A DNA stretch of 64,000 nt from Tubiluchus corallicola (Eukaryota; Animalia; Priapulida): contig JAQGDQ010000694.1 in NCBI GenBank assembly GCA_030141605.1, positions 1 through 64,000 on the forward strand, in the 5' to 3' direction. Every line of letters starts with the position of its first letter. Within the stretch, counting starts at the first letter, position 1. The position numbers and the translations under genes were made by a program. Positions 14,160-26,988 of the stretch are shown here, piece by piece. Under the pieces are notes generated by a model, which saw nothing but the letters and a program-made list of their open reading frames with translations, ran no database searches and was not told the origin of the DNA.

Positions 14160-17101
14160 TTGGGGTAGGTAGTGCGAATATGGAACAGTTACAGCGCCTA
14201 TTATATTTTAACTCATTCTGCCCTACATAATATAAACATTCTGTATTCTTCAGTCTTTAGTTCAGATGTTCATTGTAACAATGTTTTACACAGACAAGAA
14301 CTTGTACAACGATATAGTTAATGGCATACAGCTTGGTGTAACTTATTTTGATGTTATCTATAGGAAATGTGTGTTTAGTTTAATGACTAGATTCAATGGT
14401 AATACTAATGTTATATGTCAAAGTTTACTTCGTAGTGATGCAAACTTTACGTCGCATATCAGACGCCATTGGTGAAACTTACTATTAACTGTGTAATTGT
14501 TGTTTACATCTCCGTGTAATAATTTAGTGTGTTAATGTGTGTGTGTTTTTGTTTCTTGTTGTGAATATGTAAATGTTTTATGCTATAAACCTTTGGTTTG
14601 AAATAAAAAGCTATATTATCTGAAATAAAAGCTGAAATAAAAATTATCTCCCTTCTCTGCCTCCTGCTTCTTTGTGCCTGCCTCGTTAGCTTTCTCGTTC
14701 ACCCTGTCTGTCTAGCTCTAACTATCTCTCTCTCTCGCCTCCTATCATAGACTTTTTCCGTCACTAATTTATTAACTCCCTCACTCACGGACTTAACCAT
14801 CTTTTTCTCAGTTTCTCTTGTCATCTCATCTCATCTCTTCTATTCATTTGCGGGCGACACTTTGCACGGAGTTTTTTTCGGTTGCAAATTTTCTTTGGAA
14901 AACACGGATCGAAAATGCGAGTCTCTTATGCGGAAGAAAAAGCTTTCGCAAAAATGCATGCTTCCGTGATGAGCTCTTGGCTTACTCCTATTAAATTACC
15001 ATTCGTGCTAGCAGATTAGGGACATTAGAGAAGCAGGAAGCCAAGGAGTATGCCAAGATAACATGCTTAAATATTCACTAAACTTGCTTCATGCTGCTGC
15101 GATACAGTACTATGACTATTACTACGCAGGATTTCTAGTAGTGCACAGCATTCTAAGCTCTTACAATTCTTCAATAAGATTTGGTTGTTCCCGACTTTCT
15201 CACTTTAAATGCACTCCTTTTACTGAAGTTACTGCCGACAAGTTTTATCTGTATCTTTCTAACAGATTATCTGTTTATATCAACATAACGCGTACTTCGA
15301 GAGACTATATACTAAAATAGACGTTTATTTATTTATTTTTTCATGTTACTCTCTGCTGTGTTTCGTGAAGTGTTTGTTCTTGGCCATTGACTTTCGTCAA
15401 GCAAAACTTCTATTCATTCATAAAGTTTCAACAAATTCAATGGACTTTATTCTCGGACTTGTTATGTACAGTATTGTTCTTTTTATGACAGTAATACATA
15501 GGCATAGATTTCGTGCACTTAACTATATAGCACATTGCAATTACTGTATCTTTGTCTTTTCTAGACATGTTGGTAATGTACTTTTACACCATAGTTGTTT
15601 TTCTGGTTACCAATTGTTATAGTGTATTAGTCTCGAATTATGTAGAATTATTATCAAAAAACTAACTAACTAACTATGGGGATTCGTTTGATCCGTTCTT
15701 TCGTTAAAAATCGCAACGCAGTTTTCTTAGTCGGCATTGGCATTAACACGCTCTCTATACTCGCCAAGACTACTTTAATCTACATTTGTCTACGTTAAAC
15801 TGTCACGTTGAGACTGATAATCAAGCATTATAATTAATATCTTCACGAAATGGCTACTTGCGCACAATGATGAAGCGAGCTGCATTAATCGATGTGAATC
15901 GCAGTCTCATTTACCTATCCCGTGAAGCTTTGTAATTCATTGCCAGTTTCATAAATGTTGCTGATTGCAGAGATAAAGTTTCGGCGTGTTACATAAATCA
16001 AAACAAATTAGACTGCAAGGAAAATAAATTTGCAGCGATTTCTTTGAATAAACGTATGTATCACTTACTGCGACACTTTATCTGTTATATTGTTTTGGAT
16101 TCTTCGGGTATAAAATAACAAAACACTACAGTATTACCTGATACAAATCAGTAGCCAGTTAATTGAAACTTAATTAATATACCAACCGACACATTAAAAT
16201 GTTAAATCATATTTGTGGGAACTGTTTTTCGTAAAGAATACCTCAGATAAGGGGCCCAAGAAAAACTAAAGAAAGAGCATTAGGATGAACAATCGATCGC
16301 GCTCAGAGAACTTGTCGAAATAACAATCGCCTCGTGCGATTACATACGACAAAGAAGACTACGGTTTACAAGTTAACTGAAGAAATTCTTTTTCTTTCTC
16401 GATTCCGTATTTTTTAAATTGGATAAAACTGTGGATTTTTTCAACTAAAGTTAACTAAAGTTAAAAATGGACAACTTACAAAAATTTAACGACTTCAAAG
16501 CCTAAAAAGAGAAACGGTGAGCTAAACAAGATTTGAACCGGGGATATTCGAATTTATTATCTGAAATACGGAGCTACTGAAAACAGCAACGAAGACACTT
16601 AGGACACGTCCAGTGATTTATGCTATCATTCAAAAATATAATAATTTTTATGAATTTTTAAAGATTTTGTTCTGCACATTCCAAACTCCAAAAGCCCTTT
16701 TTTCAGTTTCCGTAATACATTTACAAATGCTCTTCATCCTTTATTTTGGTGTCACCTGTACTGCGAAAACAAGCTGAAATTTATGAAATTTATTTTCTTT
16801 CACTTTGCCTGTGGTGTTTAAAATGTGAAAATAAAATTAAAATGATGATAGTCAAAATCTAAAAGCCATCTCTGAAATAAAAAAATTGTTAGTAGAGGGA
16901 GAAAAGCAATAAGAATATCTGTTCAAAAGATTGTTAGAAAGAAAGGAGAGTAGAAAAATGTGATAAAAAAAGAAAAAAGAAAAGGAGAGGAGAGGAAAGA
17001 AGAAAAGAGAAGAAGAGATGAGATGAGATGAGAAGAGAAACTGAGAAAAAGATGGTTAAGTCCGTGAGTGAGAGAGTTAATAAATTAGTGACGGAAATCA
17101 A

Positions 17102-17932
17102 TCAATTTGCTCGTTTCGAAGACTCCACATTTGATTCCAGTACATTCTCAAAATTCATCTCCGGCGCCTCCCTATTCTCAGATTCACAAAGCTTACCTTC
17201 AGCATTACATATTACATAAACAGGCATATGATCGCAATCAGTCAGCTCATAATTAACATTAATATCCTTAATTAACTCATCGATTGCAGTTGTACTTATA
17301 ATAAGGTGTAGCCATGTACAAGTATTGTGCGCTGCACTTACAAAAGATAAATGTGACAAATCTGAAATACAATAGTTATTAGTGGAACATGTACTAGTCA
17401 CTTCTTGAAAGAATTGTTTATTTGGGTCAGCATTATAGTCGCCAATACAAGAGACATAACGCGATACTGTTTCTTCTACAAGTGCATTAACTTTGCCTAA
17501 GCAAAGTCTAAGTTCATCAATATTGTCATCAGCTTCGTAAGGAAAATAAACATTGTATAAAATCAGAGGCATAAGTTCACCTGGTAATTTTATCGAGAAT
17601 CCCATAATTCTATATTCGTCGTTAATGACTAGCACATTATGTTCACCAGGAAGAGATTTTTTCCACAAAACAGCCAAACCCCCTTGTGGCCTACCCTCAA
17701 TTATTCCTTTGGACAAGTCCGTTGGTGTGACACCACTCCCATAGTATAATGGGTGCAAAGTTACTAAATAACTAAGATCCTGCTTGGGTAACAAGGTTTC
17801 TTGCAACAAAATTATATCATTTGTGTTGCAGAGCTCATTAATTACATACTGAGATTCTGGATGCTTTATTGAGTTGCAATTGTAACTCACTATTTTTAGT
17901 TCTTTAAGTCCCTGGTCATTCTCCATTGTCAC
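17102..17932 (-). CDS. LINE APE endonuclease, copy B
   Basis: 276 aa, same motifs as copy A (QETLL, GRPQGG, GDYNAD, CDHMPV), but WLDHI has decayed to WLHLI. Confidence 0.85.
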   Translation of the reverse strand: MTMENDQGLKELKIVSYNCNSIKHPESQYVINELCNTNDIILLQETLLPKQDLSYLVTLHPLYYGSGVTPTDLSKGIIEGRPQGGLAVLWKKSLPGEHNVLVINDEYRIMGFSIKLPGELMPLILYNVYFPYEADDNIDELRLCLGKVNALVEETVSRYVSCIGDYNADPNKQFFQEVTSTCSTNNYCISDLSHLSFVSAAHNTCTWLHLIISTTAIDELIKDINVNYELTDCDHMPVYVICNAEGKLCESENREAPEMNFENVLESNVESSKRAN

Positions 17933-19518
17933 AGTTCTTGTCCACGCTAGATGATATTGAGCTCGTCGATCCCCAAGACGCCGGCAGTTTTTCTGGCTCT
18001 AGTAAAGGCATACGACCTTGTCCTGAAAACGTTATCAGTTTTGAAGGTAGATCCGTTGAATCGGGTTTCTTTCGTGAATTCTTCGCCGTTGATTTCTCAC
18101 CCTTGTTGGAAGCAGCTCTAGGAGGGTAATATGGCTTCACTAGCACTCCTGTCGGCCAAGTCGAAGGGTTCATTATAAGTTCTTTTTCTTCATTCCCGTA
18201 ACAGCTTATTACAAAAGAAGAGTACGTGTTGTATTTCGTTTGTAGTCTCTCCACTGTAACTCTGACATCGCACTGCCTTCTTGTAAGATACTCCATGTCG
18301 TTTGTTTCTGTATCGGGATCCAAACGTGTAACGAACAAACGTCTCAAACGTCTCAGTGGTTTGCAGGATTTAACACTTGATTCCGTTGCAGTACCTGTAA
18401 TAAAGCGCCTTTGTACTATGAGCTGCAGCATCTCGCTTACGGTTTTTAGATCGCTTGACTTCTGTGAAACCTTCATTATCTTTACCGTGATCATGAATCA
18501 CAGTAGTTTTGTCACTGTCTCCAAAGTGCTTGTTTCCATTTGCTGATGTATGCTTCCATTGGTTGCTAGTATTTTCCACATTTGACTGAACAACAGACGA
18601 GAAACTTTTCTGATTCACACTTACACTGGCTAAACGTCTGTCAAGTACGACGTTTAAATCTTCTTTAGTCACAAAGTTAGCTTTTAAATCAGCCAAATCT
18701 TGTTGCACAGTCTGTAATTGTTTAAGAATGACAGAAGTATCCACAGACTTCAGAGATATTGGAGGAATGTTCTGGGGAAAAAACGGCAACAAATCTAGGT
18801 GCAGGTTCAGCACTAGTAATCGATCCCCACTGTAACAGTTCCAGAATGTCGCTACACATAGCTTTTCTTCTAGTCGGGCTAATTTTGTCTGGACTCTCTG
18901 TAACGTCATCAGTTGGTATCAGACTAATAAGTTGCACTTTGGCCTCATCGCAATGCTATTCTGTGTAGAAATCGTGTATAACAGTAGCTAGATCTGCAAA
19001 CGGGACTCCTGCTTCCAGCTGATTCTGAGCAAAATAATTTAACTCGTTATGCAGTAGAACGTATTTTTCATTGTCTATTCTGACCGGACACAATCAGGTT
19101 ACCGATAGACCCACGGATATTTTCTTGGCAAGTGTTGCTGGGTACGGTTACAACTGTACCACCACTGTCTGAGGTCCTTGCTGTGCAACATTTCTTACAA
19201 AGTATAAGATATCCAAATTCAACCCGTGAACAAGCGTCTGGATGTTTACGTCTATATAATGCACATGATAATAGTGTAGAAGTTGGTGCCATTGTAAACA
19301 CTAATGGCTCGTTCAATTGGCCGTAACAAGTTAGGCCTGAAGTCCTGACCAGGAAACAGGTGGTCGTCATTAACACCATCGTAACCACCATACAATGACA
19401 CACAAGATGGTATCAGCTTTATAATCTACATCCCACTTTGCACTTATAAAAATTGAACACAACGAGGAGCCGAAATTTCGTCACAACTGTAAGCTACCGT
19501 GACCACATGACCACATCG
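17102..19518 (-). mobile_element. Second, inverted copy (B) of the same LINE, lacking the 3' end
   Basis: Near-identical reverse complement of 11743-14159; paired coordinates sum to 31261 throughout. Sequence equivalent to ~14163-14754 is absent. Confidence 0.88.
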
Positions 19519-19551
19519 AGACAGAGAGAGAGACAGGGAGAGAGAGAGAGA

Positions 19552-19668
<117 letters not shown>

Positions 19669-20064
19669 CAAATTGAAATTGCTTCTTATTTGCCGCTCTT
19701 ATTTCGTAAATACACTTTTGAGCATTTTAGCAAACCGCAGTAATTGAAGCCGTAACAAATAATGAATCATTATAAATGTTGCTGCCTCAATCTTTCACGC
19801 TTTACGGTTTTCAGAACTTGTTATCTTATTAGAGATTTGTATTCATTACATTTTCCTGATACTTCGTGCTCTGCATCCTGTCACGAAACTAACAAGCGGA
19901 AACAGCGAAATAATAACCGTCATACCGTCATGGAAAATGAAATTTCACCCTTCTCTTCGCGAGCTCTCTTTCCCTCTCTTTCTCTTCTCTACCCTTCTCT
20001 CTCTCTCTCTCCCTCTCTTGCTCTTTCTCGTTCTTTCTCTCTCTCTCATTCCCCTTTCTCTGCT

Positions 20065-20195
<131 letters not shown>

Positions 20196-20625
20196 CCTTA
20201 CCTCCACTACTTTTTCCTTGTATGTACACTCAGGGGTACCATTAACACTATCCATAAATTATATATTTTAATATATTTGTATTTGTTAAACACTAACCAG
20301 CTTGCAGCTCCTTATATTAGTAATATTAACGGTCTCACACAAGCTAATAACTCGTGAATCCTGCGATAATTTACACACATTTCGAATACCAGCTGACTTA
20401 ATACAGTGATTAGTAAAATCAGTTTTGGTTTTACATAACTGCTTCTTCAGAGGTATGTATTTTCTAATGAGTTCACCACACCTGGTGCATATCATGTTTC
20501 AGACTGACTACACACAGACTGGTTGCCCAGCACAGCCGCAATCATCTTCAAGTGTAAAACAAAAACACATCACCTGGATTTACTTACTTCACCTCATCAC
20601 ATCTTTTTTACTTCATAACTGTTAA

Positions 20626-21090
20626 CCCTTTCAGTCCCAAATTATTTTTTTAATAAGAAAAATTTTTTTTGTTTGGCTTGGTACTTTTGTTCAGTATGTC
20701 CATCTTGTTTACACATAATAATTATTTTTTTCTACCTGTGCCCTCGTGCTAAATATAGCCTGTATCCCACGGGATACATTGGGATTCAATGGAAGCATAA
20801 AATGTGCTTCATTTTGCAACTGCTGATAATTTTTTAAAGTATTTAAGACATTTAGTATATGTGCTATGCTGATCTGTATGAAGTCGTCTCTAAACTACTG
20901 TACCTTGCGCAGTTTTTTATGATATGTAGATTTTCTAGTTTGCCATTTTATCACCAGTTTTAGTCTATTGTTATTGGCTTAAATCAAAATAACTATTAAC
21001 AGATCAAATAACTGTCAGTTTTAAATTTTTATTAATTTTAAAGGCAGAAAATATTCTCGTATCCCACGGGATAAAACGGGTATGAAAGGG
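20626..21090. mobile_element. piggyBac-like MITE, copy 1
   Basis: TTAA|CCCTTTCA...TGAAAGGG|TTAA: TTAA TSD and CCC/GGG termini, with internal palindromic TATCCCACGGGATA motifs. A second copy lies at 46082-46530. Confidence 0.85.
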
Positions 21091-21180
21091 TTAAGCAAAC
21101 GGAAATGTCTGATGAAAAGAGGAGGAAAAACAGAGGAAAGAGAAGGAAATGCAAACCGCAGCCCGCAATTAAAAACTTAC

Positions 21181-21306
21181 TCTTGGAAGCTCAAGCCGTG
21201 TAGCCGACTATCATTGATTTCAATGACTGTGTCACGAACGTGCAGTCTTCCATCACGATCAACTTTGCCACCTGGTTCTATACCTTGTAAATAGAGACCC
21301 ATCTCC
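21181..21306 (-). CDS. pard3: Par-3 coding exon 7 (PDZ1 core)
   Basis: ttatttcag|(R)EMGLYLQGIEPGGKVDRDGRLHVRDTVIEINDSRLHGLSFQ+GA|gtaagt; 126 nt, phase 2/2; PDZ signature G...RDGRL...D...EIN. Confidence 0.94.
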
Positions 21307-22744
21307 CTGAAATAACGCAATAAACAAATCAGCACACTGAGCTTAGTAATTCACATTTATATAAACCAGTTTTGCAGGATATCCACATCAGAAACTTTTA
21401 AAAGCAGCAACATAAGAAGTACACTTACATGCAGCCAGGCATCAGAAACTGATTCATTTTGATTTACTAAATACTGCTAAATATTACTATTGCCGGTGAA
21501 CACAACTCAGTAGTTCTATATAGAGCTGGAGTTTTACACGTTTACCAGTAACGCTACACTATTGTTTGCAATTTGGTGCATCACAACTACCGTTCCAACA
21601 TCCTAAATTAATTCCAGTGTGTATTTAATCATAATATAACCAGATATTACTGATCTTTACTCTTAGCTTTATACAAATTACTAAACATTTTTGTTTTTCG
21701 TTAATGTTATCATATTACTTGAGAGTACCAATCATACCAAACTAATGAATCATGTGCACTGACTACTAGCATCTTTTCTCTCAGCCAAGCAAAAAGTTTT
21801 ATGTTTTTGTCAAAACTGTACTAAGAGCAGATCTAAGTTAATACTGTAACTTACTATCTGGCTTATGTAGAAGGGTAGCTGACTTGATGGCCAATTCGTG
21901 TTTCGCTACCCTTTCTCCTCACCCACCTAACTCTTTCCTTTATGCATAATTTATCATTTTTAATTAATAACTATAACAATAATAGTCTACTTGTATTCTA
22001 GTGTAAATGAGGAGATAAAAATGTCTATGTCTATGGCCTTTACACTTGCCTTTTGCAATAGCAAGTTAGCAGATTCCTACAGCTTTCTGCAAAAGTAATG
22101 ATATATTGTACATAGGTAGTAATTGCTAGATCATTTGTTTTTAAAAGATGCAATATAAATAGTGATTCTGTGAAAATCAATCTATTCTAGATTCTCCATC
22201 TATTTTAGAACTGGCCGCATAAATGAAAGAAATAATTTTAAATTGATTCGGTTGATAGCAAAGCAGCTAGACAGTCTGTTACTTCCAGGAATGTCGCCCT
22301 GAAATTTTAGTGCAACAAGTCAAGTGCAAATATAAAGCCGACATTTATGCAACGGCTTAGATGAAATTTCATACACTCGTTTGATCAAACTTGTCTTTTC
22401 AGCAAAATTTTGCGTCTAATGATACCTAATTTAAACAAAACAACAAGTTACAGTAAGGCACGAATCAGTGAAGCGTTCAGTTAAAGCAAACGGCAAGCAA
22501 CATGCCTAATGCTCGTAATAACATCATTGGCAAAATCATGCGCCTGAAAATTGCACACGAGTTATGCAGTTATTTCAAGCAAACAAATGCCTGACTAACT
22601 ACAGAACTATAGAGTTTAGGAACCGGTATTTCACAGCCACAGAACTGCAATTTGGAGAGAGACAACAAGAGTAAAACAGTCTAGATATATCACGGTGGAC
22701 ATTTGTTGTTACTATGGTTACTAACAATTCACCAAGTTACTAAC

Positions 22745-22953
22745 CTCCCTTCCTTATCGTAATACGGAACGACGTGAATACCCAGTGGACCTTTCTCATT
22801 CTTCATTACAATGTAATTAGTATCTAATAGACTTTCCATTGCTTCGTCTATTGCCAGGTCTGTTTTCTCTCTACTCTGTTCCTCCTCATCTTTCCCATGT
22901 TCATCGGGATCACTATGACTTCCTCCCACTGGCTCTTTTCTGTCTGTTTGCTG
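22745..22953 (-). CDS. pard3: Par-3 coding exon 6 (start of PDZ1)
   Basis: ttccag|QQTDRKEPVGG...YIVMKNEKGPLGIHVVPYYDKEG+AG|gttagt; 209 nt, phase 0/2; GPLGIHVVP is the Par-3 PDZ1 carboxylate-binding loop. Confidence 0.95.
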
Positions 22954-23115
22954 CTGGAACATGAAAAAACGATATTTCAGTTTATTGAGCTTCTGCGCCC
23001 GAAACTCTCTCGATGAAACAAAATGACGTTTAAATCAAACGATAATTTCATCCTAATAATCAACAGATTTTTAGGCACTGAACTGTGACCAGAAACCCAT
23101 CGCTAGCGGATAGCA

Positions 23116-23835
23116 CTTTCGTTCACAGGTAGAGTATAGCCTTTCATTCACAGGTAGAGTATAGCCTTTCATTCACAGGTAGAGTATAGCCTTTCATTCA
23201 CAGGTAGAGTATAGCCTTTCATTCACAGGTAGAGTATAGCCTTTCGTTCACAGGTAGAGTATAGCCTTTCATTCACAGGTAGAGTATAGCCTTTCATTCA
23301 CAGGTAGAGTATAGCCTTTCATTCACAGGTAGAGTATAGCCTTTCATTCACAGGTAGAGTATAGCCTTTCGTTCACAGGTAGAGTATAGCCTTTCGTTCA
23401 CAGGTAGAGTATAGCCTTTCATTCACAGGTAGAGTATAGCCTTTCATTCACAGGTAGAGTATAGCCTTTCATTCACAGGTAGAGTATAGCCTTTCGTTCA
23501 CAGGTAGAGTATAGCCTTTCGTTCACAGGTAGAGTATAGCCTTTCATTCACAGGTAGAGTATAGCCTTTCATTCACAGGTAGAGTATAGCCTTTCATTCA
23601 CAGGTAGAGTATAGCCTTTCATTCACAGGTAGAGTATAGCCTTTCATTCACAGGTAGAGTATAGCCTTTCATTCCAGGTAGAGTACAGCCTTTCATTTGT
23701 TCACAGGTAGAGTATAGCCTTTCATTCACAGGTAGAGTATAGCCTTTCGTTCACAGGTAGAGTATAGCCTTTCATTCACAGGTAGAGTACAGCCTTTCAT
23801 TCACAGGTAGAGTATAGCCTTTGGTTCACAGGTAG
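23116..23835. repeat. 25-bp minisatellite, ~29 copies
   Basis: Unit CTTTC(A/G)TTCACAGGTAGAGTATAGC repeated head to tail with no spacers. Confidence 0.97.
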
Positions 23836-24811
23836 TAGCGTTCATGAAGCATGCGGAATGCGTATGCGTTATGCGGGTTTCGAATAGATAAAATCGGTTT
23901 ATGTTGTTTTCAATGCACCCGTTTATCAGACCTGCGTTAAGTAACGTTTATTGTGTATATTGCGCCGAGGTTAACCAACTTTTTAGCTTAAGGAAAAAAT
24001 CAGCTAAGTCAGCTAAAACTCAGAATTTTTGCTAACTAAATAAATGATAAATTGTTAGTTAAATATTAATTATAGTGACGAATTTTTTAAATAATTCATG
24101 TTGCTTATACACATAGAAAAGCTGATGTACAGATTCAAATAATGCATTAGAGATCAATTTTTTATTATTATAAAAAAGCAATGATTTCGTGCAAATATAA
24201 GTCTAACTCTTGTAAGAATATCAAAATGCATTCTGAAAATAATTGTTTTGAAAAGTGCCCGTCAAGTTTCATCGTTTGCTTATCTTTTGTCAAACGAATC
24301 AAAAAAGACTTTTCAACTGTTTCGAGTAGAAAGCAAGAAATTGTACAAGTTCTAAGTTGATACCTAATGGTTGCTACTTTAATTTGGCTAACATGATCAA
24401 AAAGAAAATTTAGAGAAGTGGAGAAAGTAGCAAAATGATTTAACATGCTGCCATCTACAGTTTGAAAAATTAGTTTTACAGTTTTAGCAATAAAGCTACA
24501 TGCAAAGGAAGGTACGCAGCAAAAACGAAAGTCAAAAATCGTCATTATAAAATCGAAAACGTCTTTTTTTGAATTACCATTTTTGCATAATTAAATAAAA
24601 TTCAGTAGCACAACAAGCAAAAGACAAAATCAACAAAAATAAATGTTTTCACATTCAAGAGTTCTTCGTCAAAATTGTTATTTATAATATGTTGCCCAGA
24701 AGGCAGCCAAGTAATCAATCTACTTCCCCTTACACAGAAAGCAATAATTCAAGCAAAAGTTTTACATTCTTAATAATTAAAAAAAATATACGATGATTAG
24801 GTTCTGCTTAC

Positions 24812-25183
24812 CTGAGCAAACAATCTTTCCTCTTGCCTCTTTGCAGCATCAGCCCAAACATCCATAGCCGGATGATTTCCGAGAACTGACTGCCGAGAGG
24901 AGCCGTCCCGCCCGAAACGGGAAAACGCACTCGTGCCCTCCCCCACGCTCCTCAGTAACTCCGTTTTCAACTTGTTCTCCACATTCTTGTCCAGTGGACG
25001 CTTGGACGGAACGCCGTTGTCCGGATGTTTTTCAAATGGACGTTTGAAGGGATCATTCAGTTCAATTTTGTTGTTGTTTTCTTCAGATGGACAGCTGTTT
25101 TTTATCACCGTTATGAGCCTGTTATTATCACTGCCGAAACCGTCTGTCCTCACTACATTATTTGTTACATCGTTGGCGGAACC
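24812..25183 (-). CDS. pard3: Par-3 coding exon 5 (linker before PDZ1)
   Basis: ttctacag|GSANDVTNNVVRTDG...FSRFGRDGSSRQSVLGNHPAMDVWADAAKRQEERLFAQ|gtaagc; 372 nt open frame, phase 0/0; the R.S..G.HP...W motif resembles the Par-3 pre-PDZ1 linker. Confidence 0.9.
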
Positions 25184-25866
25184 CTGTAGAAATTAACAGA
25201 CACACGTACAGCTTTTCATTCCAAAAACCAACAAGTGGCTCCAACATCTTCAAAAACAATGTTGCCCTTGGCAAAAATTTACTTTATGTGCGCCTGTGAA
25301 GGTCACACGAGTCTTGTGTAAATTTCTCACTTAACTGGTGCAAGTGTGCAGTTTGCTACATTTTTGTGATAAAGTCATAATAAGTATTCTATCACACAGC
25401 TCACAAATTATCATCTCTAGTGAAACTTTACCTATTAAGCAAAACTAAGAAACAGAATATGCTGCCACCCGCTGGAGTGACCAGACAATGGGTTTTCTGA
25501 AATGCACACTACCTAACTATTCAACAAAACTTGCTATTGAAACATAAACATGATACGCTTCCGGAGATAAAATGGATATTGCAAAGCCCGACTGCTCACT
25601 ACTCATTTATGATATTACGATATATATTTTTATGATAGTAAACTTAGTCACTGTAATAGCACTGGACTAATTTTCAACCACCAAACCACAACTAACTAAA
25701 ATTAACTAACAAAACTACACAAAACTACACAAAAAATAAGCTAAGCTGTTATGAATACTTAGCAAATAACAATCAAATATCATTTAGAAAGTGAGTCACT
25801 CAGATCAACTAATGCAGATTTAAAGGTTACTTTGTGACAAGTTTTGGTGTTGCATTAGTAGCAGAA

Positions 25867-26700
25867 TTCAATATTTCAATATATAGTCTTTATTTCTTCA
25901 ATATTTCAATATATAGTCTTTATTTCTTCAATATTTCAATATATAGTCTTTATTTCTTCAATATTTCAATATATAGTCTTTATTTCTTCAATATTTCAAT
26001 ATATAGTCTTTATTTCTTCAATATTTCAATATATAGTCTTTATTTCTTCAATATTTCAATATATAGTCTTTATTTCTTCAATATTTCAATATATAGTCTT
26101 TATTTCTTCAATATTTCAATATATAGTCTTTATTTCTTCAATATTTCAATATATAGTCTTTATTTCTTCAATATTTCAATATATAGTCTTTATTTCTTCA
26201 ATATTTCAATATATAGTCTTTATTTCTTCAATATTTCAATATATAGTCTTTATTTCTTCAATATTTCAATATATAGTCTTTTTTCTTCAATATTTCAATA
26301 TATAGTCTTTTTTCTTCAATATTTCAATATATAGTCTTTATTTCTTCAATATTTCAATATATAGTCTTTATTTCTTCAATATTTCAATATATAGTCTTTA
26401 TTTCTTCAATATTTCAATATATAGTCTTTATTTCTTCAATATTTCAATATATAGTCTTTATTTCTTCAATATTTCAATATATAGTCTTTATTTCTTCAAT
26501 ATTTCAATATATAGTCTTTTTTCTTCAATATTTCAATATATAGTCTTTTTTCTTCAATATTTCAATATACAGTCTTTATTTCTTCAATATTTCAACATAT
26601 AGTCTATTTCTTCAATATTTCAACATATAGTCTTTTTTCTTCAATGTTTCAATATATAGTCTTTATTTCTTCAATATTTCAATATATAGTCTTTATTTCT
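25867..26700. repeat. 30-bp AT-rich minisatellite, ~28 copies
   Basis: Unit TTCAATATTTCAATATATAGTCTTTATTTC, with a few 29-bp variants. Confidence 0.97.
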
Positions 26701-26988
26701 CCAAACGTTTGAAGCTACAATCTTCACTTAATGCTATTAGATAAAACTGGATTCGATTCTAGATAAAACAAGCTCTTCGCGCAGAAAATAGAACTTTGTA
26801 TTATAGAAAGTAATAATGCTTCAACAAAACATTGGTTTGTAGGCCAACCGAGAGAATCAACTGCCTAATTATAATAAAATGCATGGTAAACTTTACAAAT
26901 TATAAATTCCGAAAACTTAATTAGTGTGAATTCAGTGTTATTAAACCCGACTTTTAAACCCGACAAGCACAACATAAATTATGGTTAC

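Larger units (their letters stand above)
11743..14645 (+). mobile_element. Non-autonomous, RT-deleted LINE (ORF1 + APE endonuclease + ORF2 C-terminus + 3' UTR), possibly RTE-X-like; copy A
   Basis: ORF1 remnants from ~12190-13345 (NELNYFAQN..FY..EAK..L; PRFVA..NIPP..DTS..LKQL coiled coil; RRM-like LFVTRLDPDT...YSSF...WPTGV). The endonuclease ORF is 13329-14159, followed by a C-terminal remnant (RKCVFSLMTRF..N.ICQSLLRSD..S..RRHW) and an AATAAA-rich tail at ~14600-14645. No YADD/RT domain. Clade assignment is from memory. Confidence 0.85.

Noticed and set aside
20196-20255. Possible next Par-3 exon ending GAG|gtaagg
   Set aside because: The translation (MDSVNGTPECTYKEKVVE) does not resemble the expected end of PDZ1, and there is no convincing phase-2 acceptor.
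23116-23835. CRISPR-like array of 25-bp repeats
   Set aside because: Units are contiguous with no unique spacers, no cas genes are present, and the context is a eukaryotic intron.
25834-26334. 166-aa ORF of repeated FNISIYSLYF
   Set aside because: It is simply the translation of the 30-bp minisatellite.
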